NCBI RefSeq assembly: GCF_000092105.1
Contig: NC_014148.1
Span: 2,010,001-2,042,000, forward strand
Source: Planctopirus limnophila DSM 3776
Lineage (GTDB): Bacteria > Planctomycetota > Planctomycetia > Planctomycetales > Planctomycetaceae
Length of the DNA: 32,000 bases
Reading direction: 5' to 3'
Shown here in pieces: positions 8,988-17,922 of the stretch. Each line of letters starts with the position of its first letter. Positions within the stretch are counted from its first letter, which is position 1. The notes under the pieces are model-generated. The model saw nothing but the letters and a program-made list of their open reading frames with translations. It had not been told where the DNA came from and searched no databases. The position numbers were made by a program, and so were the translations under genes.

Positions 8988-10559
8988 CTACTCCGGGATG
9001 GGTGACGAACGCTCAATGATCTCGCCTTCCCAGATCGCGCGGTTCGTCTGCCGGTCAAAGGTGAGAACGCGGTCTTTACTTCCCGTCACAGGTGGTTGAT
9101 CGATCGATGGGAGCCATGAATTGAGCTGTTTCTTGAGGCCTGAATGTGCAGGATCATCGGCAAGATTCTTGAGTTCATGAGGATCGACGAGGTGATCGTA
9201 CAACTCTTCCGATCCATCGGCATAGCGAATGTAGCGATGATCTCGCGTACGGATCGCATGGTTGCCTTGATTGTGGGAAGTGATTGCCGGTCGCTGGCGA
9301 ACAGCGAGTGGGTTTGTCAATTGCGGAACCAGTGAGACCCCTTCCAGATCAGTCGGGGCCTCAAGCTGGCAAAGCTGTGCCAGAGTGGGGTAGATATCGA
9401 GCAGTTCGACGGGTTCTACACATTTTCCACCTGCGAGAACTCCCGGGCCGGCGAAGAGGAGAGGCACACGGGTGGAGCGTTCCCAGAGCGTGTTCTTACC
9501 CGTGATCCCTTTCTCACCCAGATGCCAGCCATGGTCCGACCAGAGGACGATCAACGTATTGTTTGCCTCGCCTGTCGCTTCCAGCGCGGCCAACAGTCGC
9601 CCGATCTGGGCATCGACATACGAAGTCGACGCCAGGTAGGAACGCACCAGAGATCTCCAGTGCTCATGCTGCTGCAGCCATTTGAGTCGTGGTTCGGGAA
9701 GCCGCCAATGCAGATACCAGGAGAAGCGGGGGGTATCCTTTCGATCATCTTTTTCGATGAACGGCAAAATCGAATCGTCATCAGGATACATGGCCAGCCA
9801 TTCGGGCGTGACGTAGCAGGGAACATGTGGCAGGAAGTACCCCACACACATCAGAAAAGGTTTGGATTCACCTGTTGATGACGACTGTTGGACTTGCCGC
9901 TGTTTGAGTTTTTCAATGGCCCAATCGGTGATCTGAGTATCGCCTTTCTCACTGTCGAGATGAGGAAAGGCACCCCAATCGACCAGTGGATTGGAGTGAG
10001 GCGGAGGCTGGATAAGCCGCTTTTCAGGACGTTTTCCGACACCTCCCGCTGGGCCCCATTCGTCGAACTCTTTCAGGCGATCTTTGGGCTTACCGCCACC
10101 TCCATGAAAGATCTTTCCTGTACTGAGAGTGGTATAGCCTGCCTTGCCAAAGGCCTGCGGCAACGTCAGTCGTCCCGAGAGCGCCGGGACATCTCGAAAC
10201 CAGGGAGACAATCCATAGATGCCCGTTGTCGTGCTCCGCAAGCCTAAGAGAAGACTCGTTCGCGAAGGATTGCATAAAGGGGCCTGGCAATGAGCATTCA
10301 AAAAGACCGTACCTCGCTCAGCAAGTGATTTAAGTTGCGGCGTTTTGACCAGTGGATGCCCACCCAGAGGTTCGATCCAGTCATTCTGGTCATCAATGGC
10401 AATCATCAGGACATTGGGGCGCTTGGGTGGAGATTGAGGAGAATTCTCGTGAGCCACCACCATCGTCGAATGGATCAAACTGACTGCCAGCAGCAGGGCC
10501 CATGCCGATTGGTTATGAATCCATCGTGTGAAACTTGAGAGAGAAACATTGTTGTTCAC
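8988..10559 (-). CDS. sulfatase (523 aa)
   Basis: VLMIAIDDQND, canonical LCNPSRTSLLLG, GKIFHGG, LWSDHGWHLGEKG, DIYPTL. The only in-frame start upstream of the signal peptide is GTG at 10559, which forms a GTGA overlap with the stop of the upstream sulfatase. Confidence 0.88.
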   Translation of the reverse strand: MNNNVSLSSFTRWIHNQSAWALLLAVSLIHSTMVVAHENSPQSPPKRPNVLMIAIDDQNDWIEPLGGHPLVKTPQLKSLAERGTVFLNAHCQAPLCNPSRTSLLLGLRSTTTGIYGLSPWFRDVPALSGRLTLPQAFGKAGYTTLSTGKIFHGGGGKPKDRLKEFDEWGPAGGVGKRPEKRLIQPPPHSNPLVDWGAFPHLDSEKGDTQITDWAIEKLKQRQVQQSSSTGESKPFLMCVGYFLPHVPCYVTPEWLAMYPDDDSILPFIEKDDRKDTPRFSWYLHWRLPEPRLKWLQQHEHWRSLVRSYLASTSYVDAQIGRLLAALEATGEANNTLIVLWSDHGWHLGEKGITGKNTLWERSTRVPLLFAGPGVLAGGKCVEPVELLDIYPTLAQLCQLEAPTDLEGVSLVPQLTNPLAVRQRPAITSHNQGNHAIRTRDHRYIRYADGSEELYDHLVDPHELKNLADDPAHSGLKKQLNSWLPSIDQPPVTGSKDRVLTFDRQTNRAIWEGEIIERSSPIPE

Positions 10560-12472
10560 GGTCGCTGCTCCTCCAGAATCAGGTTGATGGATTTCAGATC
10601 GATGATGGAGGAACCCTGGAGCTGAGTCGCACGAATCGTCAGTAAGCCCGGGCCTGCAGGAAGTTGAATCGACCCGGCCTGCCAGCGTCGAAATGGCTTC
10701 GAGAGTGTCTCGGCTTTGGGGCGGGGAATCGTGTCCTGCCGGGTGTCCGTGGGTGGATCGTGAGAGATGGAAATCAGCACGGAGAGTTTGCTGTCCTGAA
10801 AACTGATTTCCAATTCAGAGCCTATTGCGGTTGCCGGTGATGTCGATTCCAGTTCAATGCGATATGCCCCACTCGTGAGGATATCCACCGGCCAGACGAC
10901 CGCACTTTGGTCATCATTCCAGTTCGTAAAATAAGAACTGTTGGGAGCATTCGAACTTCTCTGAATCTTGCCGAGAGGTTGGCCATCGCGTGCGGGGAGC
11001 CAGGTGTATGGCAGAGAAACATATCCTACAGGATAGAGTCGGGAATCTTGCGCTGGATGGGCGAGAAACTCTTTGTGCGCAGGCAGCAACCAGGGGGATT
11101 TGAGTATGTCCGCCGTATCGAGTTGCGCGGACTGTTGGCTGGTTGCGGGAGGCTGCAACAACTCAGTTTTCAGGCGTTCAAGTTGCTGCCTCATGACGCT
11201 GGCAATTTCAGGATGAGTGGTGCTGAGGTCGACTTTCTGACTGCGGTCATGCTGCATGTCATACAAGCGACTCTGGAAATCGAGCCGATGAGTGGGGGAA
11301 CGCAAGCTGAACTTGCCTGCCCAATGTGAGAGTAGAGGTTGTTGACGCTCAAAGGGGACATTTTTCAGGAGTGCCGTCGAGACATCAAGACCATCGAGTG
11401 GCTTGGCGGAATCGAGCGGGATATTCGCCAGACCCGCCAATGTGGGGAGCAGATCAATTGCTCCGATGAGTCCGGTTTGTGTGGAACCTGGAGGGATATG
11501 CCCCGGCCACCGCAGAAATCCGACGGAACGAACTCCACCTTCATCAACAGTCCCTTTGCGGCCGCGCATGTCGCCATTCCAGCGGACTGTGTTGGGCCCG
11601 TTATCAGAGAAATAGAGGACAATCGTGTTGGAGGAAAGGTGGAGCGAATCGAGGCGTGCGAGTAACCGGCCGACGGCATCATCCTGCTGTTCCATCATGG
11701 CATAGACACATCGGACCGCGTCGGCCTCTTTGCCAGTCAAACCGACATCGCGATCTTTCCAGCGATTCCAATACGTTTGAGGGACGCACCAGGGGGAATG
11801 AGGTGTCGTGAGAGGAACATAGCAGAAGAATGGTGGCTGGCTGCTGGAGATAAAATCGATAGCCGCATTCATGCAGGTATCGACAATGTAACCCTCGGAA
11901 GTGACAGGGCGGCCTTGCGACTCGAGTGGAGCATCGATGTATTCGCTCCAATGGCCGGCGGTGTAACCCAACTGGACATCGAATCCCCGAGCCAATGGGT
12001 GATAGGGGCCTTGTGACCCATTGTGCCATTTGCCAAAGATCCCGGTTCGATAACCCGCTTTTCGGAAGTGCTCCGCAATCGACTGCTCATCGAGGTTGAG
12101 TCGCTCCTCACCCAGGGAGACTCCGCGAACACCCGTGCGGAGGGCATATCGACCGGTAAGAAATTCGGCACGAGTTGGTGAGCAGACCGGGCAGACATAA
12201 AAATTTGTCAGCGAGACTCCCTGTTGAGCGATGGAGTCGATATGCGGAGTCTTTACATAGGGATTTCCACTGACTGAGTAATCACCCCAACCCGCATCAT
12301 CCGCGAGCAGCACCACGATGTTGGGAGGCTGTGGCCTGGCGGATTGTTGAGCCTCTGACGAGGTGGGACTGATCAGCACCACACAGCAGGCCAGCAGCAT
12401 CACGTATGACGATATTCCGAAGCCCATCAGCCCATGCCATCGTCTCAACCACACGAATCTCGCCCATCGCAT
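10556..12472 (-). CDS. sulfatase with ~200-aa C-terminal beta-rich domain (about 638 aa)
   Basis: IVVLLADDAGWGD, canonical VCSPTRAEFLTGRY, GKWHNG, YFSDNGP, DLLPTL. The C-terminal third is non-sulfatase and may be carbohydrate-binding-like. The ORF-track start at 12478 is TTG; the first ATG is 12472, and ATG 12427 (MGFGISS...) is an alternative. Confidence 0.88.
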   Translation of the reverse strand: MRWARFVWLRRWHGLMGFGISSYVMLLACCVVLISPTSSEAQQSARPQPPNIVVLLADDAGWGDYSVSGNPYVKTPHIDSIAQQGVSLTNFYVCPVCSPTRAEFLTGRYALRTGVRGVSLGEERLNLDEQSIAEHFRKAGYRTGIFGKWHNGSQGPYHPLARGFDVQLGYTAGHWSEYIDAPLESQGRPVTSEGYIVDTCMNAAIDFISSSQPPFFCYVPLTTPHSPWCVPQTYWNRWKDRDVGLTGKEADAVRCVYAMMEQQDDAVGRLLARLDSLHLSSNTIVLYFSDNGPNTVRWNGDMRGRKGTVDEGGVRSVGFLRWPGHIPPGSTQTGLIGAIDLLPTLAGLANIPLDSAKPLDGLDVSTALLKNVPFERQQPLLSHWAGKFSLRSPTHRLDFQSRLYDMQHDRSQKVDLSTTHPEIASVMRQQLERLKTELLQPPATSQQSAQLDTADILKSPWLLPAHKEFLAHPAQDSRLYPVGYVSLPYTWLPARDGQPLGKIQRSSNAPNSSYFTNWNDDQSAVVWPVDILTSGAYRIELESTSPATAIGSELEISFQDSKLSVLISISHDPPTDTRQDTIPRPKAETLSKPFRRWQAGSIQLPAGPGLLTIRATQLQGSSIIDLKSINLILEEQRP

Positions 12473-12667
12473 GCACAAAACCTCTTGATAAACCGCAGTT
12501 AAAGATTTGTGGCAGTTTAGCGAAAAAGCATCAATAACAGTGCATGTGTTTTCTCTCCGTGCTCAAGATTCACCAAAGATTGATCCCCTCATCTGTAAGA
12601 TCGCTGGAATCTTGTTGGTACACAGCGGCAGGTCATGTCTGTTTCCACATGTTTTAAATCAGGTGCG

Positions 12668-13417
12668 ATGAAGATGTCTTTTCAAATTGCAGATCGAGTT
12701 GTGCTGGTCACTGGTGCCAATCGCGGAATTGGAAAATCGATTGTCGAAACACTTCTGGCCCATGGGGCGAAAAAGGTCTATGCCGGTGTGCGGGAGTTAT
12801 CCAAAGCCAAAGACCTGGTTGAGCTGGGTCAGGGTAAGGTGATACCCATCATCATCGATCTGGCAAACCGAACCACGATCGACCAGGCAGCAGCTGATGC
12901 CCAGGATGTCGAGTTGGTTGTGAATAACGCCGGGATTGCCCGAACAACATCCCTTTTCAGTGAGCAGGTGTATGGATCGCTGGATGAAGAATTGAAAGTC
13001 AACCTGTATGGCGTCATTGCCATGGCCAGGGCTTTTGCACCAGTTCTAAAAGCGAATGGTGGGGGAGCGTTCGTGCAACTCAATTCGGTGGTGTCGATCA
13101 AGTCTTTTGGAGACTTTGCCACCTATAGTGCTTCCAAAGCCGCTGCCTACTCGGTCACTCAGGCCATTCGCGATGGGCTTAGAGAACAAGGGACATTAGT
13201 GGTCAGCGTCCATCCGGGGCCGATTGCGACCGATATGGCAGCAGCCGTCGGGTTATTGGAAGTCGCTGATCCTCCCGCGGTCGTTTCTGAAGGGATCGTT
13301 CAAGCACTGGCGCAGGGTCAGTTCCATCTCTTCCCTGACAAAATGGCAAAACAGTTCTGGGGTGTGTATGAAAACTACGCCAGGAATATTGTGGAAGGAA
13401 CAGGAACTGGTGAGTGA
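12668..13417 (+). CDS. classical short-chain dehydrogenase/reductase (SDR)
   Basis: VTGANRGIGKS (TGxxxGxG), NNAG, catalytic S...YSASK (YxxxK), HPGPI. ATG 12668 puts the Rossmann motif about 10 aa from the N-terminus. ATG 12635 is an in-frame alternative. Confidence 0.85.
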   Translation: MKMSFQIADRVVLVTGANRGIGKSIVETLLAHGAKKVYAGVRELSKAKDLVELGQGKVIPIIIDLANRTTIDQAAADAQDVELVVNNAGIARTTSLFSEQVYGSLDEELKVNLYGVIAMARAFAPVLKANGGGAFVQLNSVVSIKSFGDFATYSASKAAAYSVTQAIRDGLREQGTLVVSVHPGPIATDMAAAVGLLEVADPPAVVSEGIVQALAQGQFHLFPDKMAKQFWGVYENYARNIVEGTGTGE

Positions 13418-13476
13418 CCAGTCGATTGATTGGAATATCCATCGATGATGTGTCTTGATCAAAGACGGGAAGTTGT

Positions 13477-14118
13477 ATGGGGCTGAAGACGGAGCTTTAT
13501 GCGGAGCAGGCAGAACAGTGGCCTCACGAGGGACGTCATATTCTGGCACAGTTTGATCAGGACACGATCATTGTTTACCAGGCTTACCAGCCAGCGATTG
13601 GTCATTACACAGCCATGCATCGAACTTTTGGTGGTGGTTTCAGTTATTCCCGAATGAGTTGGATCAAGCCGAACTTCTTGTGGATGATGTATCGCTCAGG
13701 TTGGGGAACAAAAGCGAATCAGGAGATCACACTGGCCTTAAGAATCCGCAGGGAGTTTTTTGATGCTCTGCTGGCTGAAGCTGTCCCGTCATCCTGGGAT
13801 CCAACAGAATTTGTCACTGAAGACGAATGGTCACAAGCGGTGAGCAAGTCTTCAGTGCGCCTGCAGTGGGATCCGGATCATCATCCCACAGGTGCAAAAC
13901 TCGAAAGAAGGGCCATTCAGCTCGGGCTGAGAGGGGATGTCCTCAAAGCTTTTGGACAGCAAGAACTGATCGACGTTATCGACATTTCAGACTTTGTGAG
14001 TGCACAAAGAGAGAGGCTCTTAAGTCGAGGCACATCGGCTCTCGTAACTCCTCTTGAACGCGTGTACTCACCCGCTGATCCTGAGATAGCACTAAGACTC
14101 AAACTCGCGAAGTGTTGA
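13477..14118 (+). CDS. DUF4291-like protein of unknown function (213 aa)
   Basis: The block SRMSWIKPNFLWMMYRSGWGTK and the overall length match my memory of the DUF4291 family. ATG start preceded by GGGAAG. The family assignment is from memory and is not verified. Confidence 0.6.
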   Translation: MGLKTELYAEQAEQWPHEGRHILAQFDQDTIIVYQAYQPAIGHYTAMHRTFGGGFSYSRMSWIKPNFLWMMYRSGWGTKANQEITLALRIRREFFDALLAEAVPSSWDPTEFVTEDEWSQAVSKSSVRLQWDPDHHPTGAKLERRAIQLGLRGDVLKAFGQQELIDVIDISDFVSAQRERLLSRGTSALVTPLERVYSPADPEIALRLKLAKC

Positions 14119-14149
14119 AACTGTCGTGGTTTCTTTCGACACTTCCGGC

Positions 14150-15646
14150 ATGTCAAAGAATCTGCCTCAATTTCAGAAGCGAGCTTTCACCAGACGCGCT
14201 GCCATTTCGCTCGCAGGTCGTCATGTGACTGTCCTGGGTTTAGGGACTCTGGGCGGGGCTGTCGAAGCTGTCAAGTTTCTGGCAGCACAAGGGGCCATCG
14301 TTACTGTCACTGATGAGAAGCCCGCCAGCAAGCTGGCTGCCAGCCTGGCCGAACTCGCCCAGATACCGATTCATCGGTTTGTGCTCGGTGGGCATGATGA
14401 CGATGACTTTCGCAAGGCTGACTTAATTGTCGCCAACCCTGCCGTTCGACCAGATCATCGATTGTTGAAACTGGCACGAGATGGTGGCATTCCGATTACC
14501 ACAGAGGTGCAACTCTTTCTCGAACGGTGCCCGGCACCCGTCGCGGCGGTGACTGGAAGTAATGGAAAGTCGACCACCACGGCCATGCTGCATCGTATCT
14601 GCGAAATGGCCAGTGGATCGCCGGGCCTTCGACGAGCGTGGCTGGGTGGGAACATCGGCGTCAGCCTGCTCGATCAACTCCCCGCAATAACCAGCGATGA
14701 TCTCGTGGTGATGGAGTTGAGCAGCTTTCAGCTGTACTGGCTGAATCAGATCGAATGGAGTCCGAGTATCGCCATCGTGACCAACTTTTCAGCCAATCAT
14801 CTTGACTGGCATGACGGTCTCGATGATTACCGATCTGCCAAGCAGACGATGTTTCGCTGGCAGAATGAAAGCGATGTTGCGGTGATCAATCTTGATGATC
14901 CGGATGTCTGTCAATGGCCCGGCCCAGCCCTGCGACTGGGGTTTCAGACAGGTTCAAACTGCTCTGATGTCACGACGAAATATGGTGTTTTCTCAGAATC
15001 AGAAAAGGAAGGTTGTTTGCCTTCACAGATTCTGCGTTTGCCTGATGCAGAGATCCGCTTGGCTGCCTCGAGCTGGCTACGAGTCAAGGGCGAACATAAT
15101 CTGCAGAATGCCATGGCCGCGATTGCGGCGGCATCGGTGATGGATATCCCCATGGAAGTCATCGAAACAGCACTTCGCAGTTATCAGGCACTTCCTCATC
15201 GACTGGAGTTTGTTGGAGCATGCGCAGGGCGTGAATTCTATAACGACTCGCTGGCGACGACTCCGGAATCGGCGATTCTCGGTCTAAAGGCATTTTCTCA
15301 GCCAGTGATCCTGCTCGCGGGAGGTTATGACAAAGGTGTCGATCTTTCATCGATGTCAAAAGTGATTTCAAAAGCTTGCCGGGTGGTGGTTCTGATGGGG
15401 CAAACAGCCCCAGCCATTCATGAACAGATTGAACAATACAGGCCGTCAGGAGGCGGGCCGGAAGTTATCTTCGCGAGCAGCCCGCATGATGCGTTTACCA
15501 AAGCCTGGGAAAACTCGCAGCCGGGAGAGGTCATGCTGCTTTCGCCAGGTTGTGCCAGTTACGACTGGTTTGTCAATTTCCGTGATCGAGGTGAGCAGTT
15601 TCGTCAGTTCGTTATAGAGCTGGCAAAGACTCATGAAGAGCAATGA
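14150..15646 (+). CDS. murD: UDP-N-acetylmuramoyl-L-alanine--glutamate ligase (MurD family), long variant (~498 aa)
   Basis: N-terminal GLGTLGGA Rossmann-like block. Mur-ligase P-loop VTGSNGKSTTTAML. NFSANHLDWH. LPHRLEFV...NDSLATTPES aligns with E. coli LEHRFE...NDSKATNVGS. LLSPGCASYDWFVNFRDRGEQF at the C-terminus. The ORF track starts at GTG 14126; the first ATG is 14150. Confidence 0.85.
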   Translation: MSKNLPQFQKRAFTRRAAISLAGRHVTVLGLGTLGGAVEAVKFLAAQGAIVTVTDEKPASKLAASLAELAQIPIHRFVLGGHDDDDFRKADLIVANPAVRPDHRLLKLARDGGIPITTEVQLFLERCPAPVAAVTGSNGKSTTTAMLHRICEMASGSPGLRRAWLGGNIGVSLLDQLPAITSDDLVVMELSSFQLYWLNQIEWSPSIAIVTNFSANHLDWHDGLDDYRSAKQTMFRWQNESDVAVINLDDPDVCQWPGPALRLGFQTGSNCSDVTTKYGVFSESEKEGCLPSQILRLPDAEIRLAASSWLRVKGEHNLQNAMAAIAAASVMDIPMEVIETALRSYQALPHRLEFVGACAGREFYNDSLATTPESAILGLKAFSQPVILLAGGYDKGVDLSSMSKVISKACRVVVLMGQTAPAIHEQIEQYRPSGGGPEVIFASSPHDAFTKAWENSQPGEVMLLSPGCASYDWFVNFRDRGEQFRQFVIELAKTHEEQ

Positions 15647-16007
15647 CGTTCGCGGTGGCCATGGTGCGGCAATGAGCGGCTGAAACCATGATTTTGCCGA
15701 TCTTCATGCGGTCAGCCACCAGAGCCAATTCACCGCGAAGAACGATTTCGAATCGATAATTGCCATCTTCCTGAACCAGTACTTCCCGCCAACTCAAACC
15801 GGGCCCCGCATAAGGCCCAATGGCCCGGACAGTCGCATCTTTGATTGCCCAGTACATGGTGAATTGCTGCAGATACTCGGTTCGCTCACGGCAGGCAATG
15901 ATCTCGGCTGGGGTGTAAATGCGATTAAGAAAACGCTCTCCGTGCCGCTCAATCAGGCGGCCAATGCGAATCGTCTCACACAGGCTTGTTCCCATTCCGA
16001 CAATCAC
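15612..16007 (-). CDS. acpS: holo-[acyl-carrier-protein] synthase (AcpS-type 4'-phosphopantetheinyl transferase), 131 aa
   Basis: From GTG 16007 the product begins (M)IVGMGTSLCETIRI...HGERFLNRIYTPAEI...WAIKDATVRA. This is colinear with AcpS (GIGxDxxxxxRI...ERF..R.FT..E...AaKEA). The size is typical for AcpS. The 62-aa upstream extension in the ORF track is Cys/Asn/Ser-rich junk that overlaps the neighbouring gene. Confidence 0.8.
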   Translation of the reverse strand: MIVGMGTSLCETIRIGRLIERHGERFLNRIYTPAEIIACRERTEYLQQFTMYWAIKDATVRAIGPYAGPGLSWREVLVQEDGNYRFEIVLRGELALVADRMKIGKIMVSAAHCRTMATANVIALHESLPAL

Positions 16008-16116
16008 GCGTGGTCTCGATCTGCTATGTGAACAATTGAATTGCTGGAAATGACAAGACAGGGCATTACATGAATTTCGACAATTTCCCGGTGCGAAGAT
16101 TTGAAAGCAATAAATT

Positions 16117-16785
16117 TCAATCTTGCGTTTGAGTTTCCTCTCGACGGAGCCTGGCTTCGAATGCCAATTGCTGTTCATGGAATCTGGCGACAAAAGCTCC
16201 TAGAACACCGGCAGCAATGATCTCCCAGAGAAGCAAAAGATTGGCCGACAGTTGGCTCTTTAGTCCTGCTCGTATCATCAGATATTCAGGAAAAGAGTGC
16301 AAAAAAAATCTTTGGGTGCGTCGTTGCCAGCCGGGATCTTCGAAGAGGTCGAGCATATCATCGGGCAGTGCTGCTCGCTGCTCTTGAGTCAGTCGAGCCC
16401 CGCGGAAAGGGTTGAGGTTCTGTCGATCCTCGGGTTGTTTATAAGTATCCACCAGTAGCCCGAAGATAACTGTCAGCATGCTGAGTAATGCCGGCCTCAA
16501 CAACTGACGGATGAGAAGTGTTTTTGAGGGAGAGTTTTTGGTGGAGGCTGGATCGATCTCGGTGGCTGTTGACGTGGAACTCCAGGCACGTTCGAGCGCA
16601 ATTTCAAACCATCGGCATAAGAGGACACTGGTGCCACCAACGATTGGCCAATAGAGCCCGAGCAGTCTCCACTGTTTCGGCAGACTGGTCGCAATCGCAA
16701 TCATCAGCACGAGTGTGGCCACGGCTGCTAAAGTGATGATCAAAAATGTGCGCCAGGTCTGATACCTGGCCAATTGTGAAAACAT
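16117..16785 (-). CDS. hypothetical integral membrane protein (about 4 TM helices)
   Basis: ATG start 13 nt after the stop of the prepilin-peptidase-like gene. Four hydrophobic segments: FLIITLAAVATLVLMIAIA, LGLYWPIVGGTSVLL, ALLSMLTVIFGLLV, LLLLWEIIAAGVLGAFV. No family recognised. Confidence 0.6.
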   Translation of the reverse strand: MFSQLARYQTWRTFLIITLAAVATLVLMIAIATSLPKQWRLLGLYWPIVGGTSVLLCRWFEIALERAWSSTSTATEIDPASTKNSPSKTLLIRQLLRPALLSMLTVIFGLLVDTYKQPEDRQNLNPFRGARLTQEQRAALPDDMLDLFEDPGWQRRTQRFFLHSFPEYLMIRAGLKSQLSANLLLLWEIIAAGVLGAFVARFHEQQLAFEARLRREETQTQD

Positions 16786-16797
16786 CGGATGTGAACT

Positions 16798-17922
16798 TCA
16801 TTCGAGAGAAGGAGTCTGCGACTCTGCGGGAGCATCCGCAGGTGTATCGACAGGCGGAGGTTCATTGGTGACAGATGGCTGAATTCGGGAGGGGACAGGG
16901 ATTCTGGCAATCATGCCGCTGATGAGAAGCACGGACAATTGAACCCACCAGAGATGCTCCGCCACGAGCATTGAAGTCCATTGGTTAATCGCTTTCCAAT
17001 TGACCGCCAACAGGGTTGAGAAGGCGGGCAACGTCAGCCAGATCCAGTGGATTTGATTGGCATTCGCCAGATGGCTCCAGAGAGCCAGCAGTAACCAACA
17101 GGGAATCAGCACGATTGAGAGAGCGAGAGCCGCCTTCCAGCCAAAGATCGCTCCAGCCAGCCCCATGGCGAATATCCAGCCGGAATGCAGGCAAGGGATC
17201 GACTGGGAAATTCTCCCCGAGACCTGAATCGCACCAAGAGCACCTCCCACGAGCCAACCACCCAGAGCTGTTCCTAGCGCCCAGAAGCGGTCATCCCAAC
17301 TGAAACCCGAGAATGTCAAAATGAGATTGGCCTGGGGACAAACAGCCGGGAAAATGAAGGCGTACAGTCCCATTGTCGCCAGGCAAAAGGAGACAAATTT
17401 TTGTGGTATTCGTCGCCCATCCCATCCCATGAGGCAGATGGCCAGAAGGAGGTACAACCCCAGGCAATGAAACCCGAAAATCTGGAGTAGATCTGGGTAC
17501 TTCGCATACCAGACTGTCCAGACGACGCCCGCGTAATGATCTGGTGGTCGATTGGGAAGAGTCTTTCCACCCGAGATGACAGTCGCGAAAAGCACAACAA
17601 GAAACTGCAGGCCTACGACCAATTCCACCAGTGGATATCGGATGGGAATCGGCCATTGGCAAGATCGGCATTTACCGAATAATTTGATCCAGCCCAGGAC
17701 GGGGATGTTATCACTTGAACGAATCCGAGTCCCGCAGTGAGGACATGCCGAAGGGGAACGCCAGAGTGATTTTCCCAGCGGGAGGCGATAGACGACAACG
17801 TTCAGGAAACTCCCCAGTGAGGCACCCAAAGCCACAAACCATGCGGCCGTCAAGCCCGTCATGATGCGGATGTTCGCCAGTTCAACACCGGAGAGATCGT
17901 TCACAAGAACTGAGTCAGCCAT
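16798..17922 (-). CDS. prepilin peptidase (A24)-like membrane protein lacking the GxGD catalytic motif
   Basis: N-terminal A24 domain: LGSFLNVVVYRLP...CPHCGTRI...DNIPVLGW...GKCRSCQWPIPIRYPLVEL, with four Cys. WDGRRIPQ resembles the first-Asp motif. No Asp occurs anywhere in the following ~145 residues. The ORF-track start at 17994 is TTG; in-frame ATGs lie at 17922 and 17862. Confidence 0.7.
   Translation of the reverse strand: MADSVLVNDLSGVELANIRIMTGLTAAWFVALGASLGSFLNVVVYRLPLGKSLWRSPSACPHCGTRIRSSDNIPVLGWIKLFGKCRSCQWPIPIRYPLVELVVGLQFLVVLFATVISGGKTLPNRPPDHYAGVVWTVWYAKYPDLLQIFGFHCLGLYLLLAICLMGWDGRRIPQKFVSFCLATMGLYAFIFPAVCPQANLILTFSGFSWDDRFWALGTALGGWLVGGALGAIQVSGRISQSIPCLHSGWIFAMGLAGAIFGWKAALALSIVLIPCWLLLALWSHLANANQIHWIWLTLPAFSTLLAVNWKAINQWTSMLVAEHLWWVQLSVLLISGMIARIPVPSRIQPSVTNEPPPVDTPADAPAESQTPSLE

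Noticed and set aside
10369-10378. GGTTCGATCC, a tRNA T-loop-like string
   Set aside because: The flanking bases do not form a T-stem or acceptor stem, and the site lies inside the sulfatase CDS with an intact reading frame.
16008-16193. 62-codon N-terminal extension of the acpS ORF in the ORF track
   Set aside because: The extension is Cys/Asn/Ser-rich and overlaps the 3' end of the 4-TM gene. AcpS homology begins exactly at GTG 16007 (IVGMGTS...), which gives a normal 131-aa AcpS.
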